From: Perkinsus olseni
Taxonomy: Eukaryota
Assembly: GCA_013115125.1 (NCBI GenBank)
Contig: JABANN010000122.1
Coordinates: 48,110-68,109, forward strand
DNA length: 20,000 nt
Reading direction: 5' to 3'
In this document: piece by piece, positions 10,208 to 20,000 of the stretch
How positions within the stretch are numbered: position 1 is the first letter of the stretch
How the letters are laid out: each line of letters opens with the position of its first letter
Notes under the pieces: generated by a model
What the model was told of the DNA's origin: nothing
Seen by the model: the letters and a program-made list of their open reading frames with translations, nothing else
Databases searched by the model: none
Position numbers and translations under genes: made by a program

Positions 10208-13200
10208 CTACGCTGCATCAGGTGCGGACGGTAAACTCGGTAAGCCTTCTTCTGCTTGGATTGGTGGTGTGTGTACGCCTGCAGTCGTGCCCTCTTCACT
10301 GACCTCGTTAGATGTACGAGGGGTAGGTGGTGGTGGGAAGGTATCCGATAGGTCAGCAACAACATCTGGGATCTTGATCACAGGCAGCACGTCGTCGTCA
10401 TCATCAGGTCTTCTTGTTCCCTCATTGATTATCTTCTCTCCATTAGACCATGTTGCATTAGTGGTAACACCATTATGTACCTCTAGACCATGACCATCTC
10501 GTACACCCTAACAATGGTATACCCAATATGCTACCGCTGCTGCTGCTACCGCTGTTGATGTTGCTAACCTGTTTGAAGTGTCCATCATACATATACCCAT
10601 CTGGACCTTTCAGTATACCATGTCCACTAGCATATCCTTTATCATCCAACATACCAGCATATCTGTTCATCATCATCATCATCATCATCACAAATCAATG
10701 GCACAATCATCGTCACTTACGTATAACCAAGTTTAGTATATGTAATTTGGACGCTCTGGCCTGTAGCATTACAGCAACGACCACTCAACCACTCTGCCTC
10801 GATGACCACCTACACTAGGACACGTGATAACAACGGGAACAACGCTCTTGGTGTGGTATTGAAGTGATGTTAATAATGATAACGAGTGTTGTTGTTATTA
10901 CACCCTCATTCACGCAGGTTAGAGTACCACTGCCTGTCCTCTGGCCGGCCACCCATGAGCCTTCATACTCGTATCTTATACAACATGATGATGGTAATGA
11001 TAATATGGAGTTCGAAGTTACTTATTAAGATATACACAAGTACCACTACCATTGGGTAGATCATTCTTAAACCCACCAACATATACTCTGGACGATGGAT
11101 TACTAGGGGAAGTACTGAGACATGTTCATGTAGAGCGGCGCTATGAACATCATCATCACTCACCGTAGTTGACCATTGCCACATCGTTTATTGCAATGAT
11201 ATTCCCCAATATAGATGTTACCCTCAGGATCGGTGAAGCGTCCAACACCCTCCTTCATACCATTCCCTGCACTATTCTCTAGTAGGCATAGTTGTTGTAT
11301 TGTTGTTATTACTGAATTCTCCTTCATAAACGTTCCGGTCCTTATCAACTAAGCATCCATAACCATCATAACGGTTATTAGAGAAATGCCCACTGTACTT
11401 CTCTCCAGTCGCCTTATGAGCGCTCCTATCACATAGTGACGATGGTGGTGGTGGTGGTGGATGTGGTACTACTACCTCCCATTGCCCTCTCTTTTATCAT
11501 CCTTCCATTCACCATCATACACATACCCTCCATCTTCACACACTAGTTCGCCCCAACCATTACGCAAGTCATTACACCAATTACCATCATAACTGAATAA
11601 TGACGCATCTTAAACAAAGCCACGACCATGCTGCTGCTGCTGCTGCTGCTGTTTACACGATATTGTGTGATGGGCAGATGTACTTCCCACGACCATGTCG
11701 TTTACCATGTAGCCATTGACCAACATACTGACATCAGAGGCTACTCATGGTCCTTAGTGATGCTGCTGCTGCTGCTCACCTCGTCACCATTATCCCAGGT
11801 AGCATACCCTTCCCCACTACTCGTTGGTCTCTTTAGGAGACGACGACCCTACCAGTAGTATGAGTAGTAGTATTAGGAGGGGAGGGCCTTACCTTGGATG
11901 ATGATTTACCCTTCTGTGGAGGCTCTCCAGTGGCTGAGGCTAGTATAGCTGTTCCTTCTGATAAATGCTGAACACAACATGAACACCACCACCACCTGGT
12001 AGGGAGATGATACCTGAGTCGACCGCCACTTGGCGTAGTTGCTAGTTTGCCTCCATCTATCAGCAAAGGTATTCGTAGACTGTGGGTTACTGCGTATCCT
12101 CGAGGCCTGGGTCTGTAGCCAACCCAACCAATACTTCTGTATAACACCTACAAGGGGTCTGTGTAGTCGTCAACAACCACAACACCAACAACAATGCGTA
12201 CTTATTATATTATCCGTAGCCTTAGTGATAGCAGACGTCTCGTCAGGTACATCCTCGCCTGACCAGCAACAACAACAACAGAGTCCCTCCCAGTCTACCA
12301 CAGCCCAGTAGCCCACTTGATCCAAGCTTAGCTGAGCTGCTATCCTCGATGCCTGCTGCTGCTGACCCCTCGTTAGGCTGTAGCAGTAACAGGGAATACT
12401 CAGTATTGTGCAGTAGTAGTATGATGGCCTACCCTCTCCGATGAATCACTATCATCATCATTATCGTCATCATCAGTGATCTCATCATCTTCTTCAACAC
12501 CAATAGGTGGCTCAAGTGATAGGGGTATTAGTAGATGATCATAGTCTCCACCAGTAGTAGTGCCCTTATTTGATACAACATCATCGTCATCATCTTGACC
12601 AGGCCAGCCACTCGACTGTAAGTTGATATCGGTCATGATGTTATCTCTAACATTACTCCTCTCATGAACGTAGCTACCGAGAATACTCGACGACGACGAA
12701 GACAGCGACGACGAGGAGGAGGAGGAACCTGCGGTTGGGTAATGGATGATCCCAGATGATGTTGTGGACTACCTTTGTGATGACGTCGTCGTGTACGCCT
12801 CGAAGTAAGGATGAGTCGATGGACATCGTCTGTTAAGCCATGAAGAGTCTTCATTAACTTCTTCTCATCTTTATCCAGTTTCAGGTACTTCATAAGCTCC
12901 TTCCCAGCATCATCCACCCCGCCTATCTTGTTGGTACTGAATAGGAATGATAGGTATGAGTATAGTACTACTACTATCGTATTGGTATTACACCACAGTC
13001 CTCTTGTCCATGTCCACGATGATGTCAGCTTGGAGGCTACGATGAGACAATAACAAGGAATTACTTGTACCAATGAGGAAGCCTCGGCACTGAATAGTAG
13101 TAATAATAATAAGGATGATGGGTTTACTGGTCTATCTATCGTCACTTGATAAAGGTCGTCCATGAGCTCCAATGAGACGTAGGTGTAAAGCGGGCATCTC

Positions 13201-15126
13201 CCATTAAATAAGCATAAGGGTAGACCATGCCGCTTCAGTGTATAGGAGGGAGCCCCAAACCCTGGACTGCAGATCAATAATCATCATGATGACATTAACG
13301 CATGGATGCTCATTCAAGTAGTATCACCTATTGAAGCCTAGATAGTTCTGACCAGGCGGTAGGCATGCTAGTATAGCTAAGACGGTACTGGACGCCACTC
13401 TAGCCTTGGATGAGTATACAATAACTCTTCGCTCTAGCATCACTGCCTGAGGGGTGGTCAGATGATGACGATGCTGGGATGGGATGGTACGGAGAGTATG
13501 GTGGAGTAGCTCACCTTAACAATCCACCAGAGTTTATCATCCAATGCTCGGATAAGTGAGACAACATCAATGCCTCTATGCAGCTCATACGGACCTACCG
13601 ATAGTGTACCCTGATGGTGATAATACACTGATTACTCATATTCTGCCATTGAGTAGTCCTATTCAGCTGCTCTACCATCGTCTGTAGTATCGCTACATCT
13701 CCAAAGTCCATTTGCTGATTATGAATAGATGATCAGCATCCATTGTTAGTAATCAATGACGACGTACTTGGAAATATGATACAATTATACACTCTACCCT
13801 CTGGAGGAGGTTGCCGAAGAATGGTACTTTAGATAGGACCACTACCGCTTTCTGAGTAACACGCTCATGTACACTGGTGATACTAGTCGGAGAGCAGTAT
13901 CATCACCTGGACGTATCCTCTTGTTACATCCTTATCTTTATGTATCAACCGACTAGCAGGTACACGGTAGTATATGGATACTCCGAACATGAGCTCTGAT
14001 CACCATCAACATCATTAGGATGTAGTGTATGGTATTACCTCCACAATGGGTAGGGAGGATCATGTACACGTAATCAGGCCTAATGGATAATAGAGTAAAC
14101 GTACAGGGATTCGAACCGGTGACCTATCTTTCACTACTTACTTGTTACTATGAGCACCATCTGGTAAGGCAAGCATGGGAATCCATGGCAATACTGATGC
14201 CAGATCAGTCTTAAGGGATGATGGGGTGGCATCATATTTGATTGGTGCATAGGAGTCAACACTAGGGTAACTTGATAAGGCTACTATCCGATTGGCAGAG
14301 TTATCGCTGAATTCAACCAGGGAGGCGCCTAAGAAGGATACCTAGTGAGAACAACCCCACTGGGGAGTAGAAACAGAAGGCACACCCTGACGACCACTTA
14401 CAATCATCTTCGCTCAACTCAGGAGCATAGACATACTCTATACATGGGCCGTGGTAGTGATGGAAGTTCACAACCTGAATGATGGCGATGATGACCATGA
14501 CAACAACAACAACAGTAGTAGTAATGCAGGGAAGCGCGTAATAGAGGCAGAGCACCAGCACCTACCGCAACAGCACATATAGCATTGCCATGAGCTGTTG
14601 GGTCGTAGAGACAAGCCTCGGTGGTGGTGGATGATGAAGAGGCCGCCGACTGAGGGAAGGATAGCCTTCCTAGATTATCATAATACGACTAATGATGATG
14701 ATGCTCACCATTGATGATGCAGTGGTGGTATCTATGCCTCCTTCTCTTCTCTTATGTCGATGATGGTGATGCTTCCCTTTATGACCATTAGCATAGACAA
14801 TACTCCGAGCATTGGCTGATGACCCCCCACCACGCCCGCCCTCTATTAATGCTCTAACCATAGCGTATCTACAGCCAGCAATGCAACCACCAATGTTATA
14901 CAGTAACATCATCATCATCATCACCCTTGATCATCTTCTACAGTAGAGGTGAGGTCATCATCATCATCATCACTACCGATCTCGTAGATTGTAGGACTGC
15001 TACTAGGGGGGCCTGAGTTCTTGGTAACAACTCTTGGCTACTACAAACATGCCTACCTTCACCACGACCACCAACGCTGGTTGAATGGAGGAGGGGATTC
15101 ATATCATCTACAGCTAGCCTTGAGAG

Positions 15127-15165
<39 letters not shown>

Positions 15166-15285
15166 GCCTGAGAGTCCTGCTACTATCCCTAACTGTCATC
15201 AGGCCCTACCTGATGAGGAGCCATCAGAAGACTCAGAGTCCTTATCGAACCGTCGCTGTACAGAATTCTTCAATTTCTTGAACAT
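10208..15285 (-). CDS. AVL9: AVL9/DENN-domain protein with C-terminal MORN repeats (more than 20 exons)
   Basis: Starts at ATG 15285 (MFKKLKNSVQRRFDK). AVL9 motifs: ICAVAVVNFHHYHGPCIEYVY, PMLALPDGAH, LMFGVSIYYRV...KDVTRGYVQKAVVVLSKVPFFG, AVMLERRVIVYS, HGLPLCLF...YVSLELMDDL, GFLIGTSNSL, FADRWRQTSNYAKW. Then about 10 MORN units (YVGQWLHGKRHGRG, YDGNWCNDLRNGWG, YDGEWKDDKREGNG, YSGHFSNNRYDGYG, YIGEYHCNKRCGNG, YVGGFKNDLPNGSG, YEGSWVAGQRTGSG, YDGHFKQGVRDGHG). TAG stop at 10208-10210. Confidence 0.85.
15128..15163. repeat. (GAT)12 microsatellite in intron 1 of the AVL9-MORN gene
   Basis: Twelve perfect GAT copies. It is the longest of many shorter trinucleotide runs in the introns of this window. 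Confidence 0.95.
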
Positions 15286-15823
15286 GTATTGACAAGCAGA
15301 GCAAAACAAGCTTAATCGATTGGACTGGGCATCTTATCGCACGTCATTGTTGTTATCATTTACGTCAGCCTGCCACCGTACATCCCCTCATCACTATCCC
15401 TCCTCTCAGTGGTGATATGAGCTTGAGCTCAGAACGAAGGTATTGAGTATAGCCCCTTATCGAGGAGAAGGCTACGTACTACGATGATGGGTTGAGTGTA
15501 GAATCAGAGGACGCTGTCCGCGACCAACTAGTATAACACAAGACTAGCATCTCGAGAAGCCAGTGGTGAATTCGAGTAGTAGTAGTAGTAGTAGAAGAGG
15601 TAGGTAACTTCTCTCATCAATGTTAACGGTCATACTACCGCCGCCGCCGCCGCTGCAGCTGCTGGTGCGGGTTGTAAGTATACATCCGCCCCGAAAGGTG
15701 GCCAAGTCCACAACTCGTGAATGTACCAGCGTTTGAGGAACATCTGAGATAGCGTTTATAAATGGGCAGAAATGATGATGAGGATTACTGCTGTGGTGGC
15801 ACAGTCCTCATCTTCTTGGTCTT

Positions 15824-18800
15824 CTATACATCTTCCTCCGGCTCAGAGTCATTGCTGACTAGAGCCTCTACCAACCTCTTAGCAGTGAATATAGCACTAC
15901 CACCAGCTACAACATCTATGCCAAACTCATCAGATAGATCAAACCTGGGAATGTGGACATCACCAAACTGCAGCAGCAGCAGTCATCATCCACAACTTAC
16001 GCTTGACGAATCTCCGCAAGAGTTATACCACCCAATACACATACCTGAGTTATGATGGTACTCATAGTAAGCATAGTATTGTGAGAGCGGTGACCTACTA
16101 TGAGCTTATCCTTGCTGCCTGCTGTAGCAGGCATCCCTCTACCTCCTCTCGGGCTCTCACCTCCCCAATTTGCAGCACTACCCAAGCTTTGAAAGGCACT
16201 ACGGCCGGGTGACAAGCTGCCTCTAAGAATAGCAGCCAGTGGAACATCAACGACTGCCTGACTACCCTGCCTCACCCTCGTTGTTTGCCTCCAGTCCCTC
16301 CACGGACACTAGCAGATGCATAGGCTGTTCTCCCCGAGGCGGCCACAGCTGAGTGGATACTAATGCCTCCTCTCCCCGTCCATGTTGTTGTTGTTGTTAT
16401 TACTATTCCTAGCTGGGCAGACATTGGGGTATGCTTGTTCATCCACCATATTAGTCTGCATCTGCTCCATCACTTCACCAAGTCTTGGTACCTATCGTCA
16501 ACGCTGTCTTGGCTGTTGTCGTCCATCGACCATGCTGATAATGACGATGTTGATGATGCTCATCAGCTAGCTTACAAAACGACTGATTCTAATAGGAGCT
16601 TTCCTCGCCCTCTCTTTATTCCTCTTCAACATAGTCTTATTCTTGGCATAGATATGAGTCTGTTTAGTGGTTGAAGCAGTAGCACCTAAGGATGCGGTAT
16701 GAGTAGTTGTGGTAGGTAGGATACACCGATGATGATGCAGTATTGATGATTACTAGGGACATTGTGTGCTTGATGTAATCTCAGTTTAAGTAGATTCTTC
16801 ACTGCACTCACCATCACTTCATCCAACCCCGCCTTCTGTAATAATGACTCTGCGAAGGGCTCGGTACACCCATCCATGTACGTGAGGTATCTAGTCATTA
16901 GTACTAATGATGAGTGTTATCAGTAACGCTACGAGCCTGTTACAATGCTATCAGCCTGAGCTTCTGTTCATCTCCTATGGTACTGCTTGTTAATAATGGA
17001 TTCAGCTTAGGTAATATAGTATCACTAGTAATAGCATGACCATCATCATCCACACCAGTAGCCAAGGCTTGCTCGATCTAATCATCACACAATCAGCCTC
17101 TGGGCGATACTGCTGCAGTACTAGCTACTACTACTACCTCAGCTACTTGCCCTAGGTTCAATGTCTCAATACAATTATTACAGGCATTAATGATATCAAC
17201 ATGCATAGAGTACCTTCCATAACAACAGTGAGGAGTAGATGTTGTCCTTGGGGTTTCTACTACTTTTTCAGCTTTTCCTTATATACTGGCAACTCCCTGA
17301 CGGCCTCTACACCATCCTTAACCCCGTCACCGCCATTGTCATTATCTCCAGCAGCATTCTGTAGTTTACCTGTTACAGCAAGTGAAGCAGACTACGACTG
17401 GTAGTAGGGTGAAGTAGGTTGAGTAGTAATATTCTTACTTATCTTGCTAGTATCATTGAATTCCTGTATATCCTGTTGAATGATTGATGATACCTCAGCT
17501 ATGTGCAGATGACGATACTTAGCCCACATCTCATCAGACCTCTCCGACAATAGCATCTACCAACAGCAACAGCAGCAGCTGGAGGAGGAGAAGGAGGAGG
17601 AGGACAGTATCTTGGTGATGGTCATCTTACTCGCTCCTCCTTAGTTTCACCATTTTCTTCATACTTGTACAGATAGCTGGGTACAACAGATACTTTAGTG
17701 GCGGCTGAATAGAAGCATCATCATGACGACGAGTGATGATGAGGATGATGAGTAGTAGTCTGGAGTCGGTGAAGAATGGTGATGGTGGTGAGTTGGACGT
17801 ACCATCATTATCATCATCATCCTCATCATCGCCAAGACTCCATTCAACTCCTGCTGAATCCAGGCAATCCAGTACCATATCTTCGTAATGGAAATCATGA
17901 ACTAATAACGTAGCGATGTCGATAGACCTGAGTATTGATAATACTACCCCTACTTATACGACTACGACTACGACTACTACCGATCAACAATAAGGACTTT
18001 AGAGTTGCTTTGTGGTGGCTTCCCTGAAGCTTCTGAATAAACCTGAATGGGGTGTGGTGAGGGGAGGAAGAGCTACGATAGAGGAGCTAATAAAGCATGA
18101 TTACCAGATCTAGATTCTGCATCAACTTCTCTGCTATTATCTTAGGGAATCCTGATCGTGTCCCAGCTTGGTATCGTATGACGCTTGGCTGATGATGGCG
18201 ACGATGATGATTTAGATTGTGGTAGTTTATTCATGTTATTACCTTCTGATTCAATGTAGTACATACCGACAATATCGAATTCAAGTGAGCATTCACGAAG
18301 TACGAGTCAGAGCTCTCTGCGGACAGCCTGATACGCAGCAAATACGATATTGCCAGCATGATTTGGAGAAAATGTGGTATTACGCGTTTATTGCCAACGG
18401 CCTATCACACTGGTAGGAGCGTTCATCAAAGCAAACATAGTCTTGGAAGAAGTCTACCAGAGCTCCACAACGATTAACAAACTGAATAATAAAAGATAGG
18501 TAACATCATCATTATTGAGGATGCACGTGGTGGTGTTGGTGATGCTGTTGTTGGTAATATAACCTCAGAAACTGCTGCCAACTGATCCATCATCCTCTTG
18601 GGTATCGGGCTCGTGCAGTATACGAATGCTGAGCGATACTTGGGACGAAACTGAACAGTAGTCATCATCATGCGCAGTCATCATGTGTAGTAGCCATTAC
18701 CTTCTCTTTATTCTTCTTAGTTTTAGAATCACCACCATCAACATCTTTGAAATCACGTACTATATAATCAATAGAATCCTAAAACATTGAACTGTAGCTG

Positions 18801-19465
18801 TCCCGTATCTTCCTCGGATAACCTCCAAGATATCCCTCTCTCCCATACTACCGGTGTAGGTTGCACTAGGTAAACCGCATCATAGTCAGAGGCCAACTCT
18901 CGATCATTCTCAAGTAAATCGATAATACCAATATCTAACAAGGGCCTCTGAAATTACTGTGACTGATCCTGCTGCTGGTATCGGTGGTCTATGCAGCATG
19001 ATAGGAGTATAGCCATGATGAATGGGTACGTAAGGTGTAGGGGTTAATGGTGGTTAAGACACTCCTAACGATCCTCCCCACTACCTTCTTCTAGTAAATC
19101 AGTAGTAGTACAACATCCAGACACCACCTTCAATGCATGATAGTCCAGTATCTAACCAAGCCATTCTACGTACCACCGACTATGACTACTACTAGTACTA
19201 CTACCAGAGCTAATGGGCGGACAGAAGGTGATTGACGATTATTAGAGGTATCCTGAGATAGATCAAACACTGAGTCTGCCATGGGAAGTCTCAAGGGTCA
19301 CCAAAAGGTAGTAGTCTCCTCGGCTACTAGAAGATGTATTACCCGTTGGTCGGCCGTTCCCTTAGGTCCCAGCTTGGTTCTCACTTGCCGTATCATATCC
19401 TGTATGATATGGTTTTTAGATAGATCAGTGAGTGAAAACTCCGATGATGGAGGACTAGGCAGCAT
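15824..19465 (-). CDS. SEC1: Sec1/Munc18 (SM) family syntaxin-binding protein, multi-exon; start uncertain
   Basis: Spliced frames give LALILDYHALKVVSGCCTTTDLLEE, DAVYLVQPTPDSIDYIVRDF, KYRSAFVYCT, KVLIVDRSIDIATLLVHDFHYEDMVLDCL, DEMWAKYRHLHIAEVS, RELPVYKEKLKKYSMHVDI, IEQALATGVD, KLRLIALY, ISRFVP, KLIVCVLGGITLAEIR and VVAGGSAIFTAKRLV. These match the ordered Sec1/STXBP motifs. TAG stop at 15824-15826. Confidence 0.92.
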
Positions 19466-19506
19466 TAATAATAACAATGGAAGGACAACGAAAACTGATG
19501 AGCATA

Positions 19507-20000
19507 TCAAAGTAACACTCTAGAGCACCTAACCGTCACGCTGGGCTGCTGAGTCACCGGCCAGTCGCGGGTCTGCTCCTACCCATTCACCTGGATAACA
19601 CTGTAGTAATACAACTATAATGGTACAGAAACTGGTATGAATGAAAACGAGCATCATAAGGATTGGCAAGAGCAGGATGGTCCATCCCTAGGCGATGGTC
19701 CTGACGAATCCCTGCCTCGTCATCATGTCCGGATGATGTATGTTCACAGTGGTCATCGGGCTGATGGTGGGCTTCTTAGTGTACCTGGAGGAATAACACT
19801 GAGAGTAGGATGAAGAGGGCAGTCGACTGTTATTATTACCACTGCCAGCGGTTAGTAAATCAGCAATAACATCAAATACACAGTATTGTGTCCTGAATAG
19901 GGGATGATGCACTCCACAACAACAACAGAGTGAATGATAACAGATTAATAGCAGCGATAATTGGTCGCAGTAGTTGATTGCAGTACCCCGCGAAACGCTT
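19507..20000 (-). CDS. 3' part of a hypothetical multi-exon gene truncated by the window end
   Basis: Open frames KRFAGYCNQLLRPIIAAINLLSF, TQYCVFDVIADLLTAG and HPALANPYDARFHSYQFLYHY, separated by intron-like GT-AG tracts. The stop position is uncertain. Confidence 0.35.

Noticed and set aside
14100-14140. tRNA gene
   Set aside because: Only a T-loop-like fragment is present; no cloverleaf can be formed.
10269-17404. Short plus-strand ORFs with poly-M/L/I/Q/H runs (e.g. 10528, 11628, 12039, 15021, 16382)
   Set aside because: They are translations of intronic trinucleotide microsatellites, antisense to the AVL9-MORN and Sec1 genes.
1-20000. Intronic box C/D snoRNAs suggested by frequent ATGATGA and CTGA
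   Set aside because: ATGATGA arises from the ubiquitous (GAT)n runs. No terminal stems or rRNA-complementary guides were identified.
1-20000. CRISPR array, transposon, retroelement or prokaryotic operon
   Set aside because: No spaced direct repeats, terminal inverted repeats, LTRs, or transposase/RT/integrase motifs. The genes are spliceosomal-intron eukaryotic genes.
1-20000. Alternative genetic code or stop-codon readthrough
   Set aside because: In the genes I could reconstruct fully (MYND-Aha1, ubiE, BCKDH), every apparent internal stop is removed by canonical GT-AG introns. TAA, TAG and TGA all occur as true stops.

Overview
Eukaryotic, gene-dense, very intron-rich genomic DNA. Introns are short (about 45-150 nt), GT-AG, and many carry GAT/CAT/TAG/GTT trinucleotide runs. 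This style most resembles a perkinsid alveolate such as Perkinsus (inference, no search run). Because of splicing, most entries in the ORF track are exon fragments or antisense artefacts, so I rebuilt the genes by hand. Supported genes: (+) MYND zinc finger fused to an Aha1 N-terminal-like domain; (+) a helical hypothetical protein; (-) a hypothetical protein; (-) a UbiE/MenG/COQ5-family methyltransferase with an N-terminal hydrophobic segment; (-) branched-chain 2-oxoacid dehydrogenase E1 alpha; (+) an intronless 4-TM protein; (-) a ~5 kb gene joining an AVL9/DENN domain in frame to ~10 MORN repeats; (-) a Sec1/Munc18 protein. There are weak partial genes at both ends. I found no rRNA, complete tRNA, CRISPR array or mobile element. 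The most notable observations are the AVL9-MORN and MYND-Aha1N architectures, the membrane-anchored bacterial-type quinone methyltransferase, and recurrent GTAGTAG microsatellite-like splice donors.
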